Below are positions 1 through 9,545 of a stretch of 64,000 nucleotides of DNA, one piece after another (the first letter of the stretch is position 1; every line of letters begins with the position of its first letter). Under the pieces are notes generated by a model, which saw nothing but the letters and a program-made list of their open reading frames with translations, was not told the origin of the DNA and did no database searches. The stretch comes from Terriglobales bacterium (GTDB taxonomy: Bacteria > Acidobacteriota > Terriglobia > Terriglobales > Acidobacteriaceae). The stretch spans positions 4,958 through 68,957 of the forward strand of contig DASZHW010000156.1 in NCBI GenBank assembly GCA_035937515.1, written 5' to 3'. The translations under genes and the position numbers were made by a program.

Positions 1-80
1 TGGTCGAGGAAGTCACTCGCTGGTTAGTTTAGCAGCGACGGCCTTGAGGTTAGATGACGAAATAGCCGCGCGAAAGGCCT

Positions 81-120
81 GCCGAGCCTGGCTCGGCCTG
101 GACGGGTCAGAGACCCGTCC
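81..120 (-). other. two adjacent perfect GC-rich hairpins downstream of hutU (GCCGAGC-ctg-GCTCGGC and GGACGGGTC-aga-GACCCGTCC); terminator-like or REP-like
   Basis: 7-bp and 9-bp perfect stems read directly, 45-85 nt past the hutU stop on the minus strand; only a weak U tract follows. Confidence 0.35.
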
Positions 121-163
121 CTACACGGCATGTGCCAGTCCCCTACATGGCCTGTGTCAGCCA

Positions 164-1843
164 CTACTCTCCCATCGGAACTTTCACACCTGTTTCCTTC
201 GCAAACTTTTTCGCCTCGTCATAGCCGGCATCCACGTGCCGGATCACGCCCATGCCCGGGTCCGTGGTCAGGACGCGCTCGATCCGCTTGGCCATCATTT
301 CCGTGCCATCGGCCACGGTGACTTGTCCGGCGTGCAGCGAATAGCCAATTCCCACCCCACCGCCGTTGTGGATCGAAACCCACGAAGCTCCGGCGGCGGT
401 GTTCAATAACGCGTTCAACAGCGGCCAGTCGGCCACGGCGTCGCTGCCATCTTTCATGCTTTCGGTCTCGCGGAACGGGGATGCGACGGAACCGCAATCC
501 AGATGATCGCGCCCAATCACGATCGGCGCCTTGAGCTTGCCTTTCTTTACCAGATCATTCATGGCCAGCCCGAACTGCGCCCGCTCGCCATAACCCAGCC
601 AGCAGATGCGCGCGGGCAGCCCCTGAAATTTGATCCGCTTTCGCGCCAGATCAATCCAGCGGCGCAGAATGCGGTTGTCAGGAAACAGTTCCAGCACCAG
701 ATTATCGGTCACCGTGATATCCGACGGTTCGCCCGACAGCGCCACCCAGCGGAACGGCCCCCGTCCCTCGCAGAACAAAGGACGGATGTAAGCAGGAACG
801 AACCCGGGAACATCGTAGGCCTTCTTTACTCCGCGCTGGAACGCGAAGGTACGGATGTTGTTGCCGTAGTCGAAGGTGACGGCGCCCATCTTCTGCAGCC
901 GCAGCATGCCTTCCACATGAAGGGCCATCGAGTCTAAAGACCGTTCCTGGTAGGCTTGCGGATCGCGCTGCCGCAGTTCCAGCGCTTCCGCCAGGCTCAT
1001 TCCATTGGGGACATATCCATTCAGCGGATCATGGGCCGACGTCTGGTCCGTCAGGATGTCGGGAAGCACTCCACGCTCTGCCAGCTCCGGAATAATGTCG
1101 GCGCAATTTCCCACCAGCCCTACGGAAACGTTTTCTTTCTTGCGCACCGCGTTCTTCAGGATGCGCAGGGCTTCGTCGAGCGTGGTGACCATGAAATCGC
1201 AGTAGCCGGTCTTCAGGCGCTTCTTGATGCGCTCGGCATCGACGTCAATTCCGAGAAAGGCCGCACCGGCCATGGTCGCCGCCAGCGGCTGCGCTCCACC
1301 CATGCCGCCCATGCCGCCACTCACGATCAGCCGGCCAGCCAGATCGCCGCCGAAATGCTTTTCTCCCGCTGCCGCAAAAGTCTCGAACGTTCCTTGCACG
1401 ATGCCCTGCGAGCCGATGTAAATCCACGAGCCTGCCGTCATCTGGCCGTACATCATCAGGCCCGCCCGCTCCAGTTCGTTGAACTTCTCCCAGTTTGACC
1501 AGTGGCCCACCAGGTTGGAATTTGCGATGAGCACGCGAGGCGCGTGTTCATGGGTCTGGAACACCCCCACTGGCTTGCCCGACTGCACCAGCAGGGTTTC
1601 GTCATCCGCGAGATTCTTCAATGACGCGACAATCGCGTGATATGCCTCCCAGCTTCGCGCCGCCCGCCCCGTCCCGCCATAGACGACCAGGTCCTGGGGC
1701 CGCTCTGCGACTTCCTCGTCGACATTGTTCATCAGCATGCGCATGGCGGCTTCCTGCTGCCAGCCTTTGCATGAAATCTGGGTGCCGCGCGGAGCACGCA
1801 CCGGAACGTAGGTTGAGGGTTTGATCTCGGTTTCCACGGGCAT
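164..1843 (-). CDS. hutU: urocanate hydratase (urocanase)
   Basis: 559-aa ORF of full HutU length, with the characteristic [17 protein letters not shown]-binding motif and a conserved N-terminal region. Confidence 0.93.
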   Translation of the reverse strand: MPVETEIKPSTYVPVRAPRGTQISCKGWQQEAAMRMLMNNVDEEVAERPQDLVVYGGTGRAARSWEAYHAIVASLKNLADDETLLVQSGKPVGVFQTHEHAPRVLIANSNLVGHWSNWEKFNELERAGLMMYGQMTAGSWIYIGSQGIVQGTFETFAAAGEKHFGGDLAGRLIVSGGMGGMGGAQPLAATMAGAAFLGIDVDAERIKKRLKTGYCDFMVTTLDEALRILKNAVRKKENVSVGLVGNCADIIPELAERGVLPDILTDQTSAHDPLNGYVPNGMSLAEALELRQRDPQAYQERSLDSMALHVEGMLRLQKMGAVTFDYGNNIRTFAFQRGVKKAYDVPGFVPAYIRPLFCEGRGPFRWVALSGEPSDITVTDNLVLELFPDNRILRRWIDLARKRIKFQGLPARICWLGYGERAQFGLAMNDLVKKGKLKAPIVIGRDHLDCGSVASPFRETESMKDGSDAVADWPLLNALLNTAAGASWVSIHNGGGVGIGYSLHAGQVTVADGTEMMAKRIERVLTTDPGMGVIRHVDAGYDEAKKFAKETGVKVPMGE

Positions 1844-1924
1844 GGTTAGATGTTAGTACCTGGCAGTGAACTGTTCAAATGGGCGAGAAGTCTGACCTGC
1901 GAAGTCCTGGGTCCGAAGCCCGGC

Positions 1925-2329
1925 CTACCAGGTGCTATAGGGAGTTCCGTCGCTCGACATTTCGCCGGCGCCGCTGTGCACGTCGCTGATGCCGGTGTCC
2001 TGCTGATCCACCGACATGGTTGAATCTTCCTGATCCACGGTCCAGGTGCCGTTGCTTCCGGTCATCGGATCCGTGGGAATCTGCTTGATGTACCCCGCCT
2101 GCACCAGGTCGTCGAGAGACTGGGGCGCCTTCTGCTTGTCGAGGGTGTATTGCGAAATGAGCGACCGCAACTGGAACAGGTCCTGCTTCAGCACCGACTC
2201 CTTGGCCCGCAGAATGGACTGGTTATAGGCCGGGACCGAGATCGACACCAGGATCAGAATGAGGCTGATGACGATCATCAGCTCAATCAGAGTAAAGCCT
2301 CGATCCCGTCGCGGCGCGCTTGCTGTCAT
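1925..2329 (-). CDS. GspG-like type II secretion pseudopilin
   Basis: Prepilin N-terminal cleavage/methylation motif RGFTLIELMIV plus a hydrophobic helix; GspG-like body (LVQAGYIKQIPTDPMTG). Confidence 0.8.
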   Translation of the reverse strand: MTASAPRRDRGFTLIELMIVISLILILVSISVPAYNQSILRAKESVLKQDLFQLRSLISQYTLDKQKAPQSLDDLVQAGYIKQIPTDPMTGSNGTWTVDQEDSTMSVDQQDTGISDVHSGAGEMSSDGTPYSTW

Positions 2330-2803
2330 TTACCAGTCCTTGTATTCGGTGCCGTCCAGCCCCGTGCCCCGCGACTTGGTGAAGACATCGAAGACGTTCT
2401 GCCCGCCCCAGGAGTCCGAAGTGGGATCGTCCTGCATCGAGCGCAGCCCCCAATCCTCACCGGTCATCGGATCCTTGGGAATCCGGCGAAGAAAGCGCAC
2501 TTTCTTGCCGCCCACATCCACACCATTGACCAGCGTCTCCAGGTCGGGAGGATAACCTTCGGTGCCCACCTTGATCTGAAATGCCTGGCGATCAGCGGCA
2601 TCCTTGTAGCGGTCGATCGCGTCCCGTAGTTCCCAAAGATCATGCCGCAGTTCGTGCTCCTTTTCGCGCTTGATGGCCACTCGCGCCAGGGGCAACGCCA
2701 GCCCGGTCAGGACCACCAGGATGGCAGTGGCGACGATCAGCTCGATCAGGGTGAATCCGCGCGGCACGCGGCCCGGGACGGATTGTCGAAGGACAGACTG
2801 CAT
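2330..2803 (-). CDS. GspG-like type II secretion pseudopilin
   Basis: RGFTLIELIVATAIL prepilin motif; GspG-like body (LRRIPKDPMTGEDW); abuts the next pseudopilin gene with no gap. Confidence 0.8.
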   Translation of the reverse strand: MQSVLRQSVPGRVPRGFTLIELIVATAILVVLTGLALPLARVAIKREKEHELRHDLWELRDAIDRYKDAADRQAFQIKVGTEGYPPDLETLVNGVDVGGKKVRFLRRIPKDPMTGEDWGLRSMQDDPTSDSWGGQNVFDVFTKSRGTGLDGTEYKDW

Positions 2804-2930
2804 AGCCTATTATCGTCAAAACGGGTCAGGACTTTAAGCTTTCGGGAGCTGGGGCAACGCTTCCTGCCTTCCGTCCCTTTACGACCATTGCGGTGAAGAG
2901 CGTTCCCAGGACGCCAAGGCCGATTCGCTC

Positions 2931-5180
2931 TTACTGCACCGTGACCGTCGCCACGGCCCCGGCCACGGACATAAGTTGCATTGCCGGGTCGCGCGCCCCG
3001 CCTTTCGAGATCGTCAACGCGGACTGCCCGGCCGCTTTGGCGACGAAGGTCAAAGTGACCACCGTGCCTTGCCCGGGCACGCCGCTCGCGCCCGGTGGCC
3101 GGGTCGCGGTAATCTGCAAAGTCCCGGCGTCCTCGCGATGCACCAGCGCCACGGCCTGTCCATCCTGCGAAAGCAGGCCGCCGTTCGAGACGTTCGCCAC
3201 CTGCAAGATGTTGGGGTCGTAAGTGATCTGCAAGGGCACGGAATACACATTCTGCGCCCCGCGGAGCATCACATTCACGGCGAAGGTGGAGCCCACCGCC
3301 TGGGTAACGCTGGCCGGATCGAAGGCGAAACTGGCGGCGCTGGGCGCGGCCTGGGCGGCTGGGGCAGCGGCTGCGGCGGGCTGCGCCGAACTATCCCCAG
3401 CCGGCGGGGGAGGCGGTGTCTGACTGGCGCGCCGGAGTTCGATCGCCGCTGCCGTCCCCACCTCCAACGCCTTCTCATTCAAGTCAGTGAGTTCCCGGGC
3501 CCGCACAATGTGCGGGATCATGGCAAAGACGATCTCGTTTTCCTTGTGCTCGACGTTGCTCTGGGCGAACAGATATTTCAGGATGGGAATCTGCGCCAGT
3601 CCCGGAATCCCACTCAGCGAACGGATGTCCTGATCCTCCAGGATTCCACCCAGCAGGTTCACTTCGCCTTCCTTCAGCCGAATCTCATGCTCAATCTTCC
3701 GCTGCCCGATCACGGGCTGGCTGATGCCTCCGATGTTCGATTGCCCGGTAACCGATGAGATATCCATCGAAATCTTCAACGTGACTTCCCGCCCGGCATG
3801 GACCTTGGGCGTGATGTCGATATTCACGCCCACATCAAGATATTGAAATTGGGTGTTGACCAGGGGGTTGATGCCTACGCCGCCGATGCCGGGCTGGAAC
3901 GAACCGGTGGCCACGGGCACGCGATCGCCGATCTTGAGCGAAGCCTTCTGCCCATCCACGGCACGAATCTGCGGGTTCTGGATCAGTTTGGTATTGCTGT
4001 CGCTGAACAGCGCAGTGGCGGTGGCAGGCGGAATGGTGACGGTAAAATCGGTGGCATTCAGGTTCCCCAGGCGGTTCAGGTTAACCTGGTTTGCGGTTCC
4101 CGAGGTGGTCGTACTGGTGGTGGACGTAGTTGTGGTGGTGCTGCTGGTGTTGTTGATGTTGTTCTGCAGGGCCACGGTCATGCTGGTCGGGGGATTGATT
4201 CCCAGATTTCGTGTTTTGTCGCGGCTGACCTGCATGATTGCCACTTCCACAATCACTTCCGGACGCGCCTTGTCGAGATCGCCCACCAGTTTTTCCGCCA
4301 GGGCAATCTGGTCCGGCGTCCCGCGCACCACCAGCGCTCCCTGCGAAGGCAAGGGCTGAATGCGGGAAATTTCAAGAATCTGCCGGAGGGCGTTGACCAC
4401 ATCCTGGAGTTCGGTGGGCTGCGACAGATTGGCCATATAGAACGTCTTGATGACGCTTTGCTCAATTTCCTTCCGCTTGGCCGGATTGTCGGAAGCTACA
4501 AAAATGGTATTCGGCGTCACCGGCCGCCAGAATGTCTTCGATTCAAGAGCGATGATCTCGAGCGCGTCCTGCAGCGTGACCCCGTTCAGTTCGATCTTGA
4601 CCCGGCGCGAAGTGTAGTCCGGGTCAAACAGGACATTGATTCCCGCCAGCTTGCCCACGGTTTCATAAATGAGCTTGGTATCCTCGGTGAGCTTCAGGGT
4701 GATGGGGATGTTCGAAATGGCGGCCAGGTCCACCGGCCCCTGGGCTTCCTGCACCCGTTTCTGCAGGCCGGTTGGCGGCGGCGCCGGAGTGTTCGGCGGC
4801 GCGTTGGCAGCATCAATTAACTTCTGCGTACGCCGGATTTCCTGCTGAGCGATGAAACTCGCGCTATCGATCTGGGCTGCCTTCTGGAACTCCACCATGG
4901 CTTCCTGCAGCTTGCCGGCATCGCGCAACAACTGCCCACGATGCACGTGCGAGGCGCCGGCCAGGAAGCGGGTCCGCTCGTAGGCGGCGCGGTAGGCCAG
5001 ATCCCTGGGCTTTTGCTCGTAGGCCTGCCGGTAGTCTTCGTAAGCGGCTTCATAGTCCTGCCGAGCCTCCGCATCTTTCCCTTTGTTGTAGAAGGACTTG
5101 GCGCTCTCGGCCCCGGCGTGCAAGCCTACGGATAGAAAAAGCAACAGAATCGCTGCCGGGCGAATCAGGCGTGTCTTCAC
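2931..5180 (-). CDS. secretin (GspD/PilQ family) with TPR-like N-terminus and C-terminal cohesin-like domain
   Basis: Signal peptide, TPR-like helical region and secretin_N-type repeats; secretin core (LSGIPGLAQIPILKYLF); Pro/Ala linker, then a roughly 135-aa cohesin-like module (FAFDPASVT...VTLTFVAKAAG). GTG start. Confidence 0.85.
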   Translation of the reverse strand: MKTRLIRPAAILLLFLSVGLHAGAESAKSFYNKGKDAEARQDYEAAYEDYRQAYEQKPRDLAYRAAYERTRFLAGASHVHRGQLLRDAGKLQEAMVEFQKAAQIDSASFIAQQEIRRTQKLIDAANAPPNTPAPPPTGLQKRVQEAQGPVDLAAISNIPITLKLTEDTKLIYETVGKLAGINVLFDPDYTSRRVKIELNGVTLQDALEIIALESKTFWRPVTPNTIFVASDNPAKRKEIEQSVIKTFYMANLSQPTELQDVVNALRQILEISRIQPLPSQGALVVRGTPDQIALAEKLVGDLDKARPEVIVEVAIMQVSRDKTRNLGINPPTSMTVALQNNINNTSSTTTTTSTTSTTTSGTANQVNLNRLGNLNATDFTVTIPPATATALFSDSNTKLIQNPQIRAVDGQKASLKIGDRVPVATGSFQPGIGGVGINPLVNTQFQYLDVGVNIDITPKVHAGREVTLKISMDISSVTGQSNIGGISQPVIGQRKIEHEIRLKEGEVNLLGGILEDQDIRSLSGIPGLAQIPILKYLFAQSNVEHKENEIVFAMIPHIVRARELTDLNEKALEVGTAAAIELRRASQTPPPPPAGDSSAQPAAAAAPAAQAAPSAASFAFDPASVTQAVGSTFAVNVMLRGAQNVYSVPLQITYDPNILQVANVSNGGLLSQDGQAVALVHREDAGTLQITATRPPGASGVPGQGTVVTLTFVAKAAGQSALTISKGGARDPAMQLMSVAGAVATVTVQ

Positions 5181-5275
5181 TGGTCCCTCGCAGGCAGTCT
5201 TCCCTCGGGGTTCGATTTTTCTACCCCGGGCCAGGCCGCTTGAAAAATGCGCTGATGGAGATGTGATCTGGCTGG

Positions 5276-5284
5276 ATTATAGCA
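5276..5284 (-). promoter_or_regulatory. candidate extended -10 element (TGCTATAAT on minus strand) for the secretin operon
   Basis: Exact TGnTATAAT read on the minus strand about 95 nt upstream of the secretin GTG start; no good -35. Confidence 0.3.
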
Positions 5285-5527
5285 TCGCGTATCAGGCATG
5301 GAAGTCACTGCTGTGGTAGCAGTTAAACTCGTTGGTCTTAGTCCCAACTGCGTTACCCAAAAGGGCACTTGACGATCACTTTGGACTGTGGATTTCGCGT
5401 CTGCAATCCGCGCTCTCGCAGTCCCGAGTGCGGATGTCTGCACCTATGGATGCGGCATCACCCCCAGCAGAGGCCTCCGACCTGGCTCGACGGGCTTCCC
5501 CGCGTGTGAGATAACGTACTTGTCGCC

Positions 5528-6058
5528 ATGGCCCGCCAGCCCGCCCATCCAACCCGGCCCAATCCCGAGAAGAATCCCCGCCGCGACCCCACCGCCGCCG
5601 GCCAACGGGACGCCGCCGTCAACCGGGTTGCGGCCCACAACTACTTCCTGCTGGAAAAATTTGAAACCGGCGTCGCCCTGACCGGGACCGAGGTGAAATC
5701 AGTTCGCGCCGGCCTTGCCAACCTCAAGGATTCCTATGGCCTGCTGAAAGACGGCGAGCTCTGGCTGCTCAACTGCCACATCGGGCCCTATGAGCACGGC
5801 AACATCTTCAACCACGCCCCGCTGCGAACGCGCAAGCTATTGGTCCACAAGGAGGAGCTTCGCAAACTGGTGGGCAAGACTCAGATGAAGGGGCTAACCC
5901 TGATTCCCACACGTATGTACTTCAAGAATGGCCGGGTGAAAGTTGAGCTTGCGCTGGCCAAAGGCAAGCAGCTGTGGGACAAGCGGGAAACCGAGCGCCG
6001 CCGCACGGCGGACAAAGAGGCGAAAGAGGCGGTCGCGCGATCGCGCAAGGGACGCTAG
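5528..6058 (+). CDS. smpB: SsrA-binding protein SmpB
   Basis: Aligns by eye with E. coli SmpB (HNYFLLEKFETGVALTGTEVKSVR ... TRKLLVHKEEL ... LIPTRMYFKNGRVKVELALAKGK). N-terminus is about 15 aa longer than usual, so the start is uncertain. Confidence 0.9.
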   Translation: MARQPAHPTRPNPEKNPRRDPTAAGQRDAAVNRVAAHNYFLLEKFETGVALTGTEVKSVRAGLANLKDSYGLLKDGELWLLNCHIGPYEHGNIFNHAPLRTRKLLVHKEELRKLVGKTQMKGLTLIPTRMYFKNGRVKVELALAKGKQLWDKRETERRRTADKEAKEAVARSRKGR

Positions 6059-6207
6059 CTTCAGCGGGGTGGCCACCTTTTCAACCCACTTCTCGACGAA
6101 TGTGAGCCGCCCGGTTCTATCGCCGGTGAGTTACAATCCGCAGGCACACAAGCCGTATCTATCTGAGGCGCCAAGTTCGCAATCACGTTTGAGGAGGTCG
6201 ATCCCAA

Positions 6208-6912
6208 ATGGGAGATCACGCGCAGGTTCATGACGATTCCGGCCGGAGGCGATTTATGCGAGGCGTTCTCTCCGGTGCGGTCGCTGGAGTGGCAATGCAA
6301 GCCGGAACTGTGCTAGGTTTCACTCCGATGCTCAGCGCCCAAACCAATCTGACTCCCGATGCCGCTCTGCAGGAATTGCTCGCTGGCAATCAGCGTTTTG
6401 CCGCAAATCAGATGAGCTCGATCGAGCACGATTTGACCATCCTGAAAGAGCATACCGTCGAGAAACAGGAGCCCTTTGCCGCGGTGCTCTCCTGCGCCGA
6501 CTCCCGCGTGCCGGTCGAACTGGTCTTTGACCAGACGATTGGACATCTATTTGTCACCCGGGTGGCGGGAAATTTCGTGACTCCGGAAATCATCGCCACC
6601 CTGGAATATGGCGTTGCTGCGCTGGGAATCAAGGCGCTTCTCGTGCTCGGCCACAGCAATTGCGGAGCGGTGAAGGCGGCCATGAAAGCGGACGATGTCC
6701 CGGGTCAGATCAGCGCTTTGTACCCACATCTTCGCCATGCAGTGGAGCAATCAGGCGGGAACTTCGCCAAGGCCATCGAGCTCAACGCAGGAATTCAGGC
6801 GGAACTGCTGCGTACCTCCTCCACCGTCATCCGCGACGCGTTGAAGGCCGGCAAACTGAGAGTAGAGTCCGGAGTTTATGATCTTGCCACGGGCAAGGTC
6901 GCTTTGAGCTAG
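6208..6912 (+). CDS. beta-class carbonic anhydrase with twin-arginine signal
   Basis: CADSRVP and LGHSNCGAV zinc-ligand motifs; RRRFMRG Tat-like signal; strong GAGGAGG SD upstream. Confidence 0.85.
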   Translation: MGDHAQVHDDSGRRRFMRGVLSGAVAGVAMQAGTVLGFTPMLSAQTNLTPDAALQELLAGNQRFAANQMSSIEHDLTILKEHTVEKQEPFAAVLSCADSRVPVELVFDQTIGHLFVTRVAGNFVTPEIIATLEYGVAALGIKALLVLGHSNCGAVKAAMKADDVPGQISALYPHLRHAVEQSGGNFAKAIELNAGIQAELLRTSSTVIRDALKAGKLRVESGVYDLATGKVALS

Positions 6913-6966
6913 AGTCGTTTCCGTGAAAGATCGAGCGTAGCTTGTGCCGCTTGCAGAACTTTAGAA

Positions 6967-7947
6967 CTAGGGGAACTTGTATCCTGGTTTCAATTCGCAA
7001 CGATAAACCTTGGTCTGGTCTGCGTTCACGCGCGCGTTACAGTCCGCCCAACTCAGGTAGAGATTCGGTCCCAGCGGGAAGATGATGGTTTCCCCGTTGA
7101 CTTCGGCCTGCACGCTGACCCCTTCAGCCGTCCCCGGTAATGTAAAGTTCAGTGCCTGTCCGAAAATCACCGGATAGGAAGTGCGCACCATGTCGCTGAC
7201 CATGGGATGAAACACCTCCGCCTCCAGCAGGAACGTAGCCGTATCCGACCAGTTCAGAGCTGAGACTTCCAGAGAACGACCGCCGTTGGAGAAATCCGCA
7301 GCTTCGATCTGGGTAAAAGGACAAGGCCCGGCGATGCAGGAAGTCCGGGCGTTGCGGAATTCGTTGCCTTCTCCGGCATCGAGAGTCGCTGAGCCTGCGG
7401 ATGCCTTCCATTTTCCGTCGGGAGAACAGGGCGGCTGCTTACGGCAGGGCACATTGCCCTGGTTGGGCACTTCGAAGGACTTGACCGCGCTGCCCACGTT
7501 GGCCGCGGTCGTAGTCTTGATGGAATATCTCGCCAGCACATTGGACACCACCACATCGGTGTGCTTGGCTTTTTCCACTTCGCGCGAGATCGGCTGCAGA
7601 TGGGCCAAGTACAACTTGTCTCCGGCAAACTCGCGCATCTCAAGCGGCTCGTAATCGGCATGTTTGAACGTCAAGGTGATGGCCCGCCCGATCCAGATCC
7701 GGGTGCGGAGCGCGATCGCGAAGGAGCCGGAGGCGTCGGACTTGCCCACCCCGATGACCGAGCCATTGGACAGGGCGGAGATTTCAACGTCGGAGACGGG
7801 CAATTCTTTTCTGGGATCCGCATCCTGCCGGATCACTGCGCCGCGCAGTACCATGGACCGTTGGTGGGGACGCGTCCAAAGCAGGCCCGCGATCACGACT
7901 CCCGCCGCCACAATGATCGCCGCCCAAATCATCCGTCTGCCGCTCAT
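6967..7947 (-). CDS. hypothetical membrane-anchored protein (CarboxypepD_reg-like N-terminal beta domain)
   Basis: N-terminal TM helix and coding-like composition. ATG at 7947 preferred over the TTG at 7965. Confidence 0.5.
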   Translation of the reverse strand: MSGRRMIWAAIIVAAGVVIAGLLWTRPHQRSMVLRGAVIRQDADPRKELPVSDVEISALSNGSVIGVGKSDASGSFAIALRTRIWIGRAITLTFKHADYEPLEMREFAGDKLYLAHLQPISREVEKAKHTDVVVSNVLARYSIKTTTAANVGSAVKSFEVPNQGNVPCRKQPPCSPDGKWKASAGSATLDAGEGNEFRNARTSCIAGPCPFTQIEAADFSNGGRSLEVSALNWSDTATFLLEAEVFHPMVSDMVRTSYPVIFGQALNFTLPGTAEGVSVQAEVNGETIIFPLGPNLYLSWADCNARVNADQTKVYRCELKPGYKFP

Positions 7948-8114
7948 CCCGTCACCCTTCACCAAAAATATTCTACGACGCCAGATTGCCCGGCAGGTTT
8001 ATTGTCTGGCTGCGGCTGGCCGCTTCCCTGAGTCCAGCCGGTGTAACCATTCCTATAACCCTTCGGTGTTCTCCGGGATCGTTCGTCGAATCAGGATCAT
8101 TTAAGATCGGACAG

Positions 8115-9545
8115 GTGGACGAACGGAAGTCAGGCCCTACAAGCCGATCCCGGCGGCAACTGTTGAAGCAGATCGCCGGAATGGGAATCAGCCTGCCGCT
8201 GGCGGCGTGGGGATTGGCCCGTTCCCCGACCGCGCCTCCGGAACAGCATACCCGTCCCGCGCCTCCTCCAGTAAAAACCTTTCTATCCCCAGAGGATGAC
8301 CAGTTCCTGGAAGAGCTGGAGCGCATCACTTTCTGCTACTTCTGGGAGCAGGCCAACCCCCAGACCGGGCTGGTGAAAGACCGGTGCAGCGCGCGTAAAG
8401 CATCCACCGATCGCGCGGTGGTAGCCAGCATTGCGGCCACCGGTTTTGGACTCTCGGCCCTCTGCATCGGCGAGCAGCGCGGCTACATTTCCCTCAACGA
8501 GGCGCGCGCGCGAGTTCTGGCCGCAATGCGCTTTCTGTGGAAGACTTTGCCCAACCATCGGGGATTCTTTTATCACTTCGCCAACGTCAATACCGGCGAA
8601 AGGCTGTGGGACTCCGAGATTTCTTCCGTGGACACCGCCATACTGCTGTGTGGAATCCTGAGCTGCCGCCAGCACTTCCAGAATTCTGAGATCCGTGACT
8701 TGTCCGCCGAAATCTTCGGCCGGGTGGACTGGACCTGGCTGTCCGAAGACACCACCCTGCTACCCCACGGGTGGCTGCCCGAAGTCGGCTTCCTCCCTTT
8801 TCGCTGGGACTATTACAGCGAACTGATGATGATGTATCTGCTGGGCCTGGGATCCTCCTCCCATCCCCTGAAGACTCAGGCCTGGGACGCCTGGAAGCGA
8901 AATACGTTTGAATATGACGGTCTGCGCTACATTGGTTCTTTCGCGCCGCTGTTTGTGCACCAGTATTCCCAAGCCTGGTTTGATTTCCGGGGTAAACGCG
9001 ACCGCTACGCCGACTACTTTCATAACTCAGCCATCGCGACGGACGTGCACCGCCGTTTCTGTCTTGAGCTGGGAAAACAATTCCCTCATTACAGCGACGA
9101 CCTCTGGGGCATCACGGCTTCCGATTCGCAAAAGGGCTATGTGGTCTGGGGCGGCCCGCCCGCCATGGGACCGATTGACGGGACTGTCGTGCCCAGCGCG
9201 GCCGGTGGCTCACTCCCGTTTCTGACGCAGCCGGTGATGCGCGTGCTCCGCAACATCCGCAACAGCTACCCGGCGGCCTGGAGCACGTATGGATTTGTGG
9301 ACGCCTTCAACCCGAGTAACAATTGGTACGACAGTGACGTGGTCGGGATCGACACCGGAATCACCCTGGTGATGGCGGAAAACGCGCGCACCGGATTTGT
9401 GTGGGAGAGCTTCATGCAAAACGCGGAAGCTGTGCGCGGCATGCAACGCGCTGGATTCAAGCAGTACCAGACCCCGGAAAAACAATCCGGACCGCCGGCT
9501 TCGGCCAGCAGTCCGGGTGAATCCGGCAACCAGCAACTCAGCTAG
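8115..9545 (+). CDS. glucoamylase-like glycoside hydrolase (GH144 / DUF3131-type, putative beta-1,2-glucanase family) with Tat signal
   Basis: Motifs FWEQANPQTGLVKDR, ATGFGLSAL, YGFVDAFNP, VGIDTGITLVMAEN; SRSRRQLL twin-arginine signal. Start set at GTG 8115, which is uncertain. Confidence 0.6.
   Translation: MDERKSGPTSRSRRQLLKQIAGMGISLPLAAWGLARSPTAPPEQHTRPAPPPVKTFLSPEDDQFLEELERITFCYFWEQANPQTGLVKDRCSARKASTDRAVVASIAATGFGLSALCIGEQRGYISLNEARARVLAAMRFLWKTLPNHRGFFYHFANVNTGERLWDSEISSVDTAILLCGILSCRQHFQNSEIRDLSAEIFGRVDWTWLSEDTTLLPHGWLPEVGFLPFRWDYYSELMMMYLLGLGSSSHPLKTQAWDAWKRNTFEYDGLRYIGSFAPLFVHQYSQAWFDFRGKRDRYADYFHNSAIATDVHRRFCLELGKQFPHYSDDLWGITASDSQKGYVVWGGPPAMGPIDGTVVPSAAGGSLPFLTQPVMRVLRNIRNSYPAAWSTYGFVDAFNPSNNWYDSDVVGIDTGITLVMAENARTGFVWESFMQNAEAVRGMQRAGFKQYQTPEKQSGPPASASSPGESGNQQLS

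Noticed and set aside
5181-6207. Looked for tmRNA (ssrA) next to smpB
   Set aside because: Neither flank of smpB has a tRNA-like acceptor or T-arm, or a tag-reading-frame-like sequence. ssrA is presumably elsewhere.
9542-9545. Convergent genes whose stop codons share a CTAG tetranucleotide; also stops abutting at 54071/54072
   Set aside because: This reflects genuine but trivial compact gene packing, with no functional implication that I can support.
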